DNA of 64,000 nucleotides from Callorhinchus milii (Eukaryota): NCBI RefSeq assembly GCF_018977255.1, contig NW_024704792.1, positions 124,001 to 188,000 of the forward strand, read 5' to 3'. Shown piece by piece: positions 11,653 to 24,097 of this stretch (position 1 is its first letter; each line of letters starts with the position of its first letter). The notes under the pieces were generated by a model. It saw only the letters and a program-made list of their open reading frames with translations, ran no database searches and was not told where the DNA came from. The position numbers and the translations under genes were made by a program.

Positions 11653-11940
11653 CTCTCCAATGTCCATCCACTACCCAAGGGCACAGCGACAGACGTGAAG
11701 TGTAGCGACAATGACTTCCTTTCTTCACTATATGAGTTCAGCATGAACCAATCCGATTCTTTAGCTTTGTGTGCTGCATAAATCAGTGAGGGATTTTCGC
11801 AATGACTGTATTTACAGAAAATTAATCGCATCGTGACTTTCAGTTTCAAATTGAGTCTCGACAATGCTGCAGCTTGTCAGAGACCTCCAGGGGAAGGGAG
11901 TTTCACTCTCGCGGTTTCCTGGCCGACAATTCTACAGATA
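11653..11940 (-). promoter_or_regulatory. Candidate distal promoter and non-coding first exon of the toxin-like gene (copy 2)
   Basis: Donor GAG|GTAATG at 11652. NF-kB-like GGGATTTTCG at 11790-11799, consensus ISRE ACTTTCAGTTTC at 11836-11847, GGGAGTTTCA at 11896-11905. Confidence 0.5.
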
Positions 11941-12309
11941 ACACCCTCGCATAGCTATTGCTGGGACATAGCCCAAAACTGCGTGGATCTTTGGCATTGT
12001 TCTGAAAATTATGTGTGGATTTTGGAAAAAAAATTGCAGAAAATTGCAGGAAATTGAATCGTTCTATTGAGGTCCATTTCACTGCCAACCTAACCTTTTT
12101 CACTTTATTGATGAAGCTAACAATAAGAAATAATATACATTATTGTGAAAAAAATAATAATTACTACCTTCACATGAAATGCGTGAGTCTCGTATTTTTT
12201 CTGCGGGGGTGGGGCGGATGTTGTTTGGGGTGGACAACCGGCGTTGCTACAGAAGCACACCTTTTCGTACCTTGCTGGACCGACACAGCATACAGATTCG
12301 GTAACATAT

Positions 12310-12840
12310 GCACACGCAGACAAAAAAACACACATACCGGGCACAGAGAATCACACACACAATCATAGACACACAAAGAGTGATACAAACTCACACATGC
12401 AGAAAGACAAACGCACAGGCATAGAGATAGACATGCACCTTCACAGCCACAGAGACAAACACACTCACTCATAAAGAGATAGATACAGGCACACAGAGTA
12501 GAGAGACACACTCGCAAACTTGCATTCAGATGAGAGAGGGACAGACAGACACAGTCAGTCAGACACACTCACGAACACATGTCGAGAAACACACATACAC
12601 TCACAAACATGGAAACGCAAGAAGACACTCAAAAGCACAGCGAGATACAACATACACTCTCAAATAGGGCAGAGACACAGACAGACTCACACACATACAG
12701 TGAGACACGCAAAAATACAGAGAGGATGACACACCTACACATTCACAAGCAGAAAGCGAAAGGCACACACGCAGAGAGATACACAGACACTCACAAACAC
12801 AGAGAGACACACATACACTCACAATCACATAAAAACAATA
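12310..12840. repeat. (CA)n/(GA)n low-complexity tract
   Basis: Directly visible. Confidence 0.85.
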
Positions 12841-13049
12841 ACAACAGTGGGGCCTCCGAGAGGCCTATTTGCCGCTTGGGCCGCCCGAAACGAGTGTCCG
12901 GAGCTTTTCTGTCCACACTGACGTCAAAAGTGAAAGATTTCAGGCAACAAAAAAGCATGAACTGAATTCCGTTGTTGCTGCACTTTTGCAGCAAATGGTA
13001 TGACAAGAACATGTGGAGAGTCGATTCCTGTTGACATCAACTTCACGAA

Positions 13050-13825
13050 TCATTGCGTAATATAATCCAATGGCACAAATAGAAACAAACCGTATTGATC
13101 TGGTAGCCATGACTCAGACGTGGTTACAAGGGGATCAAGGTTGGGAGCTAAATTTTCCGGGGTATTCGGCATATAGAAAAGATAGGCAAAGTGGAAAACG
13201 AGGTGGGATGGCGTGTAACCCTGCAAATGAAGGACGGGATAAAAATTGCATAGAGGATGGGTTTAAAATCAGAAAATAAGATAGGGCAGAAAATTTTACT
13301 GGGAGTATTAATGACCGCGAACATTTGTCGCAGCATTAAGCAGAGTATTAACCAGGAAATTAGAGAAGCATGTATCAAAGGCTAAATACAAACAGTGGGT
13401 GATTTTAATCGTTATATAGACTGAGAAAGCCAAATTGCAAAAGTAACTCAGAGTTCATAGACTAATAATAATAATCGTTGCATTTGATAATTGATATAGA
13501 ATGCATTGGAGATAGGTTTCTCGATTAGTTTGTCGAGGAAATAACCAGAGAACAGACGATACCAGATCTTGTTTAATGTAACGAAATAGGCAATATCAGC
13601 AATCGGGAAGATAAGTCTCCTATACGCCAGAGTGTCAAAATCATGATGGAAATTTGCATTACGTGAGAGAATGATGTCGTTTAGTCTGAAGCAAAGGGTC
13701 TTAAGCTAAAATAGAGCCAATTTTGCTGGTAATAGAGATTTAGCTAAAATAGACAGGGGAACTAGATTAAAGAATATGATAGTAGACAAGCAATGGCAAA
13801 CCCTTAAAAATATATTATATAAGAT
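13050..13825 (+). mobile_element. Decayed CR1 ORF2 endonuclease region
   Basis: AQIETNRIDLVAMTQTWLQGDQGWELNFPGYSAYRKDRQSGKRGG, followed by GDFN and QTIPDL remnants with stops and frameshifts. Confidence 0.85.
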
Positions 13826-13827
13826 CA

Positions 13828-14505
13828 TAACAATTAGAAGCAAGAGTAAGCCATTGGGTCCCTCGAGCCTGCCCCACCATTCAGTAGGATCATGGCTGAT
13901 GTATTTTAACTTCAACTACTCGCATTGTACCCATATCCCTTAATCACTTGATGCACAAGAAATCTATTAATGTAAGTCTTGAGCATGTTCAAGGATTGAG
14001 CATCTGCAGCCCTTTGAGGTAGAGAATTAATTAAATTAACTACCCTCTGATTGAAGAAGTTTTTCCTCAACTCAGTGCGGAAGGGCTTATCCCTAATTTT
14101 AAGAATGTGACTCCTGGTTATAGTTTCTCCAACCAAGGGAAAATGTCTTCCACTATTTATTCCGTCATGACCCTTAATATTCTTGTAGGTTTCTATAAGG
14201 TCACCTCTCATTCTTTTATATTCTAGAAAATATAGGCCTACATTGCTCAAGCTATCCTCAAATCTCATCTCCCTCATCCCAGGTACCAACCTAGTGAATT
14301 TGCGTTGTGCACTCTCCAAGGCTAGTATATCATTTCTTAAATAAGGAGACCGAAACCACACGCAATACTATAGGTTCGGTCTCACCAGGGCCCTGTACAG
14401 TTACAGCAAGACTTCCCTACCCTTATATTTTAACCTTTTTGCAACAAACATCAACATACCGTTTGCCTTCCTAATTGCTTGGTCTACCTGCAAACTAACT
14501 TACAG
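13828..14505 (-). mobile_element. CR1 LINE 3' end (RT C-terminus and tail)
   Basis: SPYLRNDILALESAQRKFTRLVPGM...MRGDLIETYK...FFNQRVVNL, with tail motif GAATGGTGGGGCAGGCTCGAGGGACCCAATGGCTTACTCTTGCTTCT. Confidence 0.9.
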
Positions 14506-15039
14506 TACTTAATTCCCAGCGATCATACATTCCCTTCAAGATTATAAATATAACGAGAAGAGTAGTTCAACCATTGCTAATGAGAGCAGTTACGGAAAGC
14601 AAAAATTAAAAGAAGAGACCTACAATCCTGCCAAATAGAGCAGTAAATCGGAGGATTGCGGTGGGGGGATGTGGGGCGCGGTTTCAGAGACCAACAAAGA
14701 AAGACACAGCAGCTGATTAGAATGGAGGAAATGGATTATGAGGGAACCCTTAATAACTACTCACTTCAGCCACTGTTACTATTACTATTCATGGCTGCAC
14801 AATTGTCCTCACAAACTCAACACAAAACTTTGAGCTGTCCGTCATTTCGCGCATTCATTCCGTGATCCTTTGGTTTTTTACCAATTTTGGCAGCATTGTC
14901 CGCCTCCAAAGTTGCCTTTCTATGGAGATTGCTCAGATTCTTTTGCAAGGTTTCATTTCGTAATGACCCGGCTTAACTTGCCAAAGGCCTTCTCGCTCTT
15001 CTTCCCAATTCTTCCCTCCACAAGCTACAGTTTGTACAG

Positions 15040-15430
15040 AATTCTGCAGCGCATGTCATCTCCCAAACCTGGCTACGAGACCCAGTCAACACATTTCTTG
15101 CTTGGCTTTTCCGCATATGTCCCTAAGAGGATCGAGACCGAAACCTTCATTCTTACAGTTAAGGTGCTCCGCTGTCTTGCTGCCCCATATTTATCCAGCC
15201 TACTTTCCACATCACACGCTGGAAATCTGTCATGCAATCTCTCTGCCTCACCCCTACTATTGCCTCACTTAGGTCAGCAATTAAAAATATTTCTTCTCGA
15301 CCTTCCTTCGACCACCCAAACACCATCTCCCCCTTACATTCCCATCACCTCATTCACTCTCATTCCAATTCTCGACTGAAATGCCTATCGCTTCCCCCGT
15401 ATTTATTGTCCCCTCCCCCTCTCCAAGCTT
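15040..15430 (+). mobile_element. Old L2 LINE 3' fragment
   Basis: VPKRIETETFILTVKVLRCLAAPYLSSLLS resembles the L2 motif LPxxxRIxFKILxLxxKxLHGLAPxYLSxLL. Confidence 0.6.
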
Positions 15431-15899
15431 GATATCTGACCACGTCACTGCATAGTATTCTGGGACGCTATCCACCACAGAGGCAAGTACATCTAAATTC
15501 AAATTGAAATATTCCTGAATGTAACACTGATACCGAACAGTTGCAACTCTTTGCTGTACGGCTTTGCGTTGAAGCAAAGTGATGCAGCGAAATTTAACAT
15601 TGTGTCCCTGCACGGTTTGGTATGTATCATTGTGACCCAAAACAATAGCCATGTTTACCACAGCCCAATGCCCATTCCGATTCATCGCCCCATAACCTAA
15701 CAATAGCTGCAAATTTTAGCCCATGTCGCATTCCCAGCCACAATCCCAACCACAGTCCTTGGCACAACCCGGGGTCAAGCACATTACTAGCCCCAATGCT
15801 CGCCGCATCCGCGGCCCAACCCAGCCTCAACCATTGCCCCTACCAAACCCCAACGGGAACCTCGACCCAACATTCATTTTGGTTCCTCAAACATTGCCA

Positions 15900-18182
15900 A
15901 ATATATATCTTTATAGGTGATGGACATTTACTTCTACCCTCAATCCTCGGTGATGATCATAGGAATAAAACCTGGTCTTGAGGATCCACAGAAATAGCAA
16001 AACACGAGCTCTTTCGTGTGACAGAAAAAAGTTTTTTCAGGAAGCCTCAGGTAAGGCCAAACACAAAGAGGATTGTTTGACTTACGAACAGAGAGAGGCA
16101 CCACATGTTAATCAAAATGTTACACTTTTTTTGCGAACAAAAGTACTATACCAGCGTGTCAATTTGATAGCCAATCAAACAACGATTATCACGGAGGACG
16201 CTTATATCTTGTATTGGATCATCAAAGGTTATTTTTTTCCAATCAAGGAAGGTTGATGATTTACTTTTACAACAAGCACCAGAGTACAGATTGCAGGAGC
16301 CGTGAGTCCGTTAAAGAGATATCTTCCATATTTTCTGTACGTTGGACAAGGATTATGTTTTATATGCTAAAGAGGAGAAACGTCGCAAGTAAATCTAATA
16401 TGTACTTACTTTGAATCAAGTTGCAGATTTCTTTAAAGCGCATAATCTGATTATTAAACATTTAACTGTGGCGATCATAAGTCTGTGTGTCCTTAGCATC
16501 CAAGATGATTTTCCATTAACATGATGACTCATCTTATGTGTGCGCAGAGTGGTAGGTCTTCATCCAGTCCTGCCAGCTCTGTCAGTGAACCATTAATTTG
16601 GACTTGTAGAAGGTATGATCAGAAGAGCTCAGTTGAGTTTTCAATGAGCGGATGTGGCTGATGTGCAAAAAGGACTTGTGCAAGTAGGACTTGATGCTGA
16701 AAGTGAAGGGCTCAATTCTCCCGAGAATGACCGCGACGGAGTCAAGTAGATGGCTAACCTAGGATGGTATGTTATTGCGGGAGGAGCGCCAGAAACTTTG
16801 GAGTTCAGATGTCCACCAAGGAATTGGAGATGGCAATAAGCGGATTTTCCTCCAGTGACGAAAATAAGTTTACGTTGGTTGGTGGCAGGATTGGGGATGG
16901 GGTATACAAATCCGTAAGCTAAGGCACTGATAGCTTGGCGTCTGTGTAGCAAGATCGAGGTAGCTGAGGGCAGGAGGCGATAAGATGAGTTCATATGCAT
17001 TCAGAATATTGCGAGGTTATGAAGGTGATTATGAGTGACACATACATTTTTAACAATCAGGGTGTGTGCTTTGAGGAACTTTTCAGCTCACGTGTTGTTC
17101 ACCATAACATTGCAAATTTGTACTCTCAAATTATTCATCAATTAGAGTGGTCAACCGTATTCAAAACGGTGGAAAGTTCCAGAGCAACGAAAAGAAAGAG
17201 AGAACGCTGGACTCAATTGGACAGATTGCCATTTGACATCCCAAGTTCCTGTTTCCAGCATAAAGTATCTGTTCCTTTCTCCCTTCGATGCCTCGGGATT
17301 CCTATTTTCCAAAAGGAAAGGTGAGGAGGTGATGGATTATCACTCTTCCAAAGTCGAGATGATCCGATCTGCCGCCATTACCACAACTAAAGTAACCCCC
17401 TCCCCAAATCTCGATCCACTTCTTGACCCACAACCATTTTTTACCCTTTTTACCCCTCTTTGTTCAACTACTTCATCAACAATATTAAACCCATAACCTG
17501 CTCCCTTGAAACCACCGATACGTAAGGTCAAGGCGTTAGAGGAGTCAGAGAGCTATGCCACTGATAGCCTGGGAGATGTGAAGCAAGGTCGAGTTAGCCG
17601 AGAGCAGAAGGCGAGCAGAGACGTTTCGAAGTAGATCAGAGCGTTGGTGGGTGATATATGTGTTTATTAGCAACATAATGAACGTTTAACAAAGAGACTA
17701 TGCGCTCTGAAGCAGTTTGGAGCAAACCTGATACTTAGTAAATACGGATTGGTTTTACAAGCGAAGTTTCTCAACCTAAGCATATAAAGGATACCCCTAC
17801 TCCAACCTACAGAAGTTATGGAACAGAACTGTTTGACGGAACCACTGCTACTGCAATTTGTAATCTGTTGTTTATTGTAAAAATAAATCATGAACCTACC
17901 TTGATTGGAAATAATACCGTTTCATGATCTAACAAGAGATAAAATGATCCTCCATGGTCAACCTTGTTTGATTACCGCTCAATTTGATATGCTGCTATAG
18001 CACTTCTGTACCCAAACAAATGGAACATTTTCGGAAATATCTGGTGTCTATGCCCTGTTGTGCCCCATAGCTGCAAGTATGTGTTTGGCTTTATTACAAC
18101 AAAGAGCTAATGTTTTGCCACTTCAAGGTCAGCCAATGATTAGCTTTTAATCCTATGATCATCAACGAGGGTTGGGGCATCA
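15900..18182. repeat. Diverged inverted duplication (arms ~15930-16470 and ~17670-18182); the spacer holds two old L2-like pieces (~16900-17040, ~17510-17670)
   Basis: Colinear reverse-complement matches, e.g. cctcggtgatgatcatagga vs cctcgttgatgatcatagga and ttccaatcaaggaaggttgatgattta vs ttccaatcaaggtaggttcatgattta. Confidence 0.75.
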
Positions 18183-18184
18183 AA

Positions 18185-19360
18185 TAAGAACAAAAGAACA
18201 TAAGAAATAGGAGCAGTAGTAGGCCATTCGGCCTCTCGAGCCAGCCCCGCCATTCGATAAGTTCATGGCTGATCTTCAGACCTAACTCTAATTACCTGCC
18301 CTATCCCCATATTCCATAATCCCTCTTTTTTTAAAAATCTATCAGTCTCAATCTTGAAGATGTTCAAGGACTGACCATCTATAGCCTTCTGGGGTAGTGA
18401 ATTCCATAACTGCCCTCTGAGTGAAGAAATGTTTCCACAAATCTGTTCTGAAAGGCTGACCCTTAATTTTAAGACTGTGCCCCTTGGTTATCGATTCTTC
18501 TTCCAGGGGAAACGGACCCTCAGTGTCTGCTTTATTCAGCCCTTTAAGAAGTTTATATGGTTCAATAAGACCGCCCCCCATGATTCTACCGTACTCTCAG
18601 GAATATAGCCCTAGCTTATACAGCCTATCCTCATAGGTCAGTCCCCTCATTCGAGGAAATAACCTGGTGAATCTACGCTGCACGCCCTCTAAGGAAAGTA
18701 TGTCCTTTTTCAAATAAGAAGACAAAAACTGCACACAATACTCCAGGTGCGGTCTCACCAAGGTCCTATACAGTTGGAGCAAGACTTCCCTACTCTTGTT
18801 CTGTAAACGTTTTGCAATGAACGCTAACATACCGCTCGCCTTCGCAGTTGCTTGCTGCACCTGGAAACTAACTTTTTGAGACGGGTATGCAAGGAAACCC
18901 AAATCCCTCTGAACAGTAACACTATCTATTCTCTCCTAACTTGGAAAATTGTCTGTATTTCTAATTTTGCCTTTTGTGTGGCCCTTTGTCAAATGCCTTC
19001 TTAAAATCCAAATACGACGTCTGCTGATTCCCCCCTATCTGGCCTTCTAGATAACTTCTTCAAAAAACTCTAATTGGTTAGTTAAGCATGACTTCCATTT
19101 TGTAAAACCCTGTTGTCTCTGCCAAATCTTGTTAGGGATTTCAAGCAATCCCGTAACGACATCCTTAATTAAGGACTCAACAAATGTCCATGCCATTGAT
19201 GTCAGACTAATTGGTCTATAGTTCCCCATCTTTTCTCTCCCACCCTTCCTAAATAGTGGTGTTACGTTTGCAATCTTCCAATCAACGGGAACCGTTCCGG
19301 AATCCAGAGAATATTGTAAGATCAAATGCAATCTACCCACTATCTTAGTAGCAACCTTGT
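18185..19360 (-). mobile_element. Internally deleted CR1 LINE (RT pieces and 3' tail)
   Basis: VPVDWKIANVTPLFRKGGREKMGNYRPISLTS, LYRTLVRPHLEYCVQF and HFFTQRAV, with a (TTCTTATG)-type tail at ~18185-18205. Confidence 0.92.
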
Positions 19361-19629
19361 TAGAAAAACAAGGAATGTTTTTAGGCACGATTTGGAAATT
19401 GGGAGGGAGCGTTAAAGTCAACGGATTGAGGAATAGAGTTCCTGAATTTTGGGGAATAGTAGCTGAAGCATGGCCACAGAAGGTCGAACGTAGGTCAACT
19501 CGGCATAGGATGCCGGAGACAGCAGCTTTGGGGCAGCTGGTGAAGGAGTGAGGGTAAGAATGTCGGATAGGTAGATATGTGTGAAAGATCTGATTGGTTT
19601 GAAAACGGGTGAGAAGATCTTTAAATAGA

Positions 19630-20160
19630 AGTTCATAGAATCATAGAATTTTGCAGCATACAACGTGTCCATTTGGCTCATCCTATCTTTTCCACTGCTT
19701 TGAAAAGTGCAGTCCAACACAATCACACACTACCATACTTTCCACATAACCCTACGAATTTGTCCTCCCACAATAATTATCTGATTCTCACTTCAACGCT
19801 GTTATCGAAACGGCTTCCACCACCAATTCAGGTAATACATTCCAGAAACTCGCCTTGTGAAAACAATTCTCCTCATCTCACCTTTGTTTCTTTTTAAAAG
19901 CTGTACAAATTCGGTGAACTCCGTTTAACGACGCAACTGCCAGTAAAAATAATTTCTCCTTTTTCACTCAATCGAATCCCCTCGTAATTGTTAAAAATTT
20001 CTGTTAAATCTACTCTTAACCTTCTATGCACTCAGGACAATAATCCTTGCTTTTCCAGCCTCTACTGAAAACTGAAGACCCTCATTCTTGGTACCATATT
20101 TATCAATCTCCTTTGCACTTTCTCGAATGCCTTGATATTCTGCCTATCGTGCGGTGCACA
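19630..20160 (-). mobile_element. Old CR1-family 3' fragment
   Basis: Starts with a tcatagaatcatagaa tail repeat; the rest is decayed RT-like sequence. Confidence 0.5.
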
Positions 20161-20304
20161 CAAGTTGAAAGCTTAGTGGTTAGAGCACGCGCCGCGCGAA
20201 AGAGTGGACATGGGTTCGATTCCCAATCATGGCAAAACTTCAGGCAAATTTTCATTGTCCACACGTACACCTCTGTTTACCAGCAATAACTAGCAATCCA
20301 AAAG

Positions 20305-20588
20305 GCAAAATACTGCAGTTATTGGAAATCTGAAACGCGAACAAAAGTCAGTGGTAGAACTCAGCAGTTCAGGCCGCATTTAAGGAGAAACGGAAGTGAA
20401 ACAACATTTCGGGTCCATGACCGTTTGTCAGAGCCAAGCAGATAACGATTAAAAGAGGGAGGCATAGCAAGGATGACAAAGACTGGCAGAGGTGACATTA
20501 TCTATTTAGAAAGGAAAGCTGCGTGACCTGCCGACTGAATCCAGCGACTGCTCTTTTAATTTCAGATTCGAAACATCTGCAGTATTCA
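20305..20588. mobile_element. Penelope-like terminal-repeat remnant in inverted arrangement, with a degenerate minimal hammerhead-like motif
   Basis: Inverted arms aatactgcag..aatctgaaa (20308-20378 vs 20517-20587). Minus strand 20431-20403 reads CTGACAAAC-GGTC-ATG-GACC-CGAAATGTT. Confidence 0.55.
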
Positions 20589-20859
20589 GAGCTGGTCACT
20601 GCGGGAAGTTACATTTAAGCGACAGAAGAGGCTTCATTGCAGGAGTGACACCTGCACAGGCATGATGAGGTGGAGTTAATCTTAGTAAGGCATGGCAGTT
20701 ATAACGGTCTGTCATTATTATGTGGTCTATAATTGGATATATTATCAGATGTTGTCTTATCCAATTTATTGGCTAACAAGTGTAACGTCTGCATTTACTT
20801 GAATATTTGCTCAATCCTTCCATTCGCCGTTTACTTGCTTATTGACAAGAAAATATGTA

Positions 20860-21552
20860 TTGGAGAGACAGCAGTTGATGTGAGGGAACTTGAACTTCAG
20901 ATCGCACTGTTTAGAGAGGCAAAAGTCTAAATTAGGGTACTTGAACTTCAGATTGGTCTGCCGAGAGAGGCAACAACGGCAACAATAACAAAGTGCGCTT
21001 AACTAGCGACCTCAGCGTATACAGCAGCGAGGTATCTCAGAGAGATGAATCGAAGTAAAAGTCAAAGAGAGAGCTTGAACTTCAAATTGGCTTGGCTAAA
21101 CAGGCAGAAGGCAAAGTGAAAGGACGTGAACTTCAGAATGACTTGGCTTGAGAGACAGCAGTTAAAGTGAAAGAAGGTGAACTTCAGAATTACTTGTCCA
21201 GAAAGGCAGAATTCAAAGTGAAAGGACGTGAACTTCAGAATGACTTGGCTAGAGAAACAGAAGTCAAAGCGAAAAAAGGTGTCCTTCAGAATGACTTTGC
21301 TGGCGAAGCTGAAGTCAAAGTTAAAGTACGTGAACTTCAGAAGGAGTTGGCTAGAAAGGCAGAATTCAAAGTGAAAGAACATTAATTTCAGAATGACTTC
21401 TCCAGAGAAGCTGAAGTCAAAGTGAAACAAGGTGACCTTGAGAATTACTTGACTAGAAAGGCAGAATTCAAAGTGAAAAACCATTAATTTCAGAATGAAT
21501 TGGCAAGAGATGCAGAAGTCAAAGTGGGAGATCCTAAACTTTGGGTTAATTT
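20860..21552 (+). repeat. 51-bp (17-aa) coiled-coil-coding tandem array, decayed
   Basis: Unit gtgaacttcagaatgacttggctagagaaacagaagtcaaagcgaaaaaag encodes ELQNDLARETEVKAKKG. Contains stops. Confidence 0.85.
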
Positions 21553-21554
21553 GT

Positions 21555-21741
21555 GGAGTCCTGTTGCTCAATCGTTAGAGCACTCGCTTTGCAAGCGAGA
21601 GACCTGAGTTCAACTGCAGGCATTGGGCAAAACATTGGGCAAGTTTCCTTACTCCACACGGCTAATAATCCCTCCAAAAAAAAACAATAATAAATTGGTC
21701 ATTTTCAATCTCAGCCTGTTTTTGGGACATTGCTGTGCGCG
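21555..21741 (+). mobile_element. 3'-truncated Deu-SINE copy
   Basis: Same head and body as 6708-7035; ends in the Deu core. Confidence 0.85.
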
Positions 21742-21742
21742 C

Positions 21743-22001
21743 TCACGTCGGGAGTACGTCCGAAAGCGCTTCACAGCACACACAGTAAAGTGAATTGATG
21801 GTATATTTGTGGGCGAACGCGGCAGCCAATTGCGAACAGCAATGTCCCACAAACAGTCGTAGATTGAAAATGACCAATTTTTATTATTGTTTTTGGAGGG
21901 ATTATTATTATACTTACCCAAGGTTTCGCCCTCTGCATGGAATTGAACTCAGGTCACTCAATTGCAAAGCGAGTGCTCTAACCACTGAGCTACAGCACTC
22001 C
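21743..22001 (-). mobile_element. Deu-SINE copy with an internal deletion, tail-to-tail with the previous copy
   Basis: Matches 6740-7035. Confidence 0.88.
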
Positions 22002-22039
22002 GCAGATGTAAAGATGTATCTTCTAAGTCTTCTGGATGA

Positions 22040-22960
22040 CTATCCCATATTTAATGTTAAACGGTAAGGCAGCAAATATTAATGAAAACAATGTAACTAC
22101 TAATAACACAAAATGTGTTGTGTCCTCACTTGTATTCCGTTTTGCTATACACTCTAACTCGTTTAAATGGCAGTATGCATCTCGTTTTTCATCAAATTTG
22201 GGAATAATGTTAACCATCCCTTCCATCTACGGTGTGTCGTATGGTGTTCTCACTCCATCTAACTCTTGTACTTCATCGCCCTGAAACTGATGCATTGGCA
22301 AAGTTTTATTTATTTCCGTTTACCCTATTTAGTGCCTTTTCTAGATCATCCCGTAACTCGCATATCTGTGCTTGATAACTGACTAATTTCTGTTTCACCT
22401 TCTGTAACATTGCTTGTTTAAGCTGCATTAGATTTATTTCAATAGCATGTGAGCTTTAGATTCTGTAACCTTCACTACCCATTTATTTCTTAAAGCATCG
22501 CACAGCCTTGCAGAAGTCTCAATTGAAGTGTCACTTGTTAGTGGGTCCTCTAAAACTTCCTGCACTTTTTCCATAATAAACGTCAGCTCGCTTGTATTAT
22601 CTTATTGGATTTGCATCCTAGAATCCCTCTCAGCCAATTTATCCCGAAGTTTAAGATCTCCCACTTTGACTTCAGCTTCTCTGGAGAAGTCATTCTGAAA
22701 CTAATGTTCTTTCACTTTGAATTCTGCTTTTCTAGTCAAGTAATTCTGAAGTTCACCTTCTTTCGCTTTGACTTCTGTGTCTCTTGCCAAGTCATTCTGA
22801 AGTTCACGTCCTTTCACTTTGTATTCTGCTTTTCCAGCCAAGTAATTCTCAAGGTCACCTTCTTTCACTTTGATTTCTGTGTCTCTAGCCAAGTCATTCT
22901 GAAGTTCACGTTCTTCCACTTTGAATTCTGCCTTTCTAGTCGAGTAATTCTCAAGGTCAC
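22040..22960 (-). pseudogene. Decayed Gypsy-type gag-like fragment: 51-bp coiled-coil array (22960-22635) followed by a region ending in VNIIPKFDEKRDAYCHLNELECIAK
   Basis: The array is the reverse complement of 21040-21552. A PKFDE motif after an E/K/R coiled coil resembles Gmr1/SCAN-type gag. Multiple stops. Confidence 0.45.
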
Positions 22961-23524
22961 TGATGCTGCCTCACAAGCCGAGTGTTCCCAGCGACTTCAG
23001 TTTTTTTGTTTTCTGTCCAAGGATAGTTTATGTTTATGTTTCTCTTTGGAGGGATGGAGAAGAAGCAATTTGGTGATGACAACCCAGAAATATACAAAAA
23101 ATATATATATAAAATATATATCAAAAATATGTATAAAAAATACCTTAATAGGCAGAGCAGATTGTATCTCCCTTTCGGTATGGAGTTTGCTCACTGGTTG
23201 TTGTTTTTCCTGGTAGCTCTTGTCCTGTTATCCATCAACAACAACTTGCATTTTGACACCTTGTATTTATATAGCAATGTAGATTAATATGGGGAAGCAT
23301 AGAAATGACCTTTCCTCCTCAATATCCCCTTTCTCTTTCTCTCCTCTTATTCATTCTCCCCTCCAGCCTCGCGTATACGGACAACAAACAGATACATTTC
23401 GTCAGGGCTCTTCACGTCAGAAGGATGTCCGAAGGCGCTCGAAAAACTGTACTTCGGATCTGAGATGGGGTCCGGAATTAAGAGGGTGGAGGACAAAGAA
23501 TAACTTGGGTTATCGAACGCACGG

Positions 23525-24095
23525 TCCAGGGGAAGGGTGTTCAGATTTATCTTGAAGGAAGCAAGAAAAGGGCGTGGTAGGTGGACTGCAGAAAGAGTTC
23601 CAATGGGTGGTTGCAGAGTGGCAAAATGCTCGCTCGTCGATGCTGGAGCGGTGTGGTGGGAGACATGACTCAGGCTGGAGTGCGCTGAGCTGAGGGAGAG
23701 GGCAGATTGGTAAGGCGTTAGGAAATCGCAGATGTAGGGGTGAGTGAGGCCATGGAGGGCATTCAGGGCGTGGAACCAGATCCTGAACTGTATCCAATGG
23801 AGTCAGGCAAGGATGGGTATGAAACGGTCACACAGTCTGGTGGAGGAGATGACACTGGCTGCAGAATCCTGGGTGATCTGCGGCCGATACAGTGAATAGT
23901 TGGGGAGGCCGACAAGCAGTGACTTTGCATATAGGAGCCTGGATGTTATGAAAAGCATGGAAGAAGTTTCCGGCAGCCTTCTGTGTGAGACATTGGCACG
24001 ATTTTGTGGTAGAAAGGATAGTTGAGGGTCAAAAAAGACGCCTCTCACTCTTCTCTCCATTCCATCTCTCTGGCTGGGAAGAATCTGTGACTGGG
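23525..24095 (-). mobile_element. Old L2 LINE 3' fragment
   Basis: FITSRLLYAKSLLVGLP..SLYRPQITQDSAA and SIDERAFCHSATTHWNS. Confidence 0.8.
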
Positions 24096-24097
24096 TC

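Noticed and set aside
17670-18180. Possible endogenous parvovirus capsid remnant (AVWSKPDT resembling IWAKIP)
   Set aside because: Similarity is limited to a few residues, with no supporting motifs and stops in all frames. Left as unidentified.
21062-23216. Phe-rich hydrophobic ORFs of 169 and 203 aa that look like membrane proteins
   Set aside because: They are antisense readings of the 51-bp coiled-coil array.
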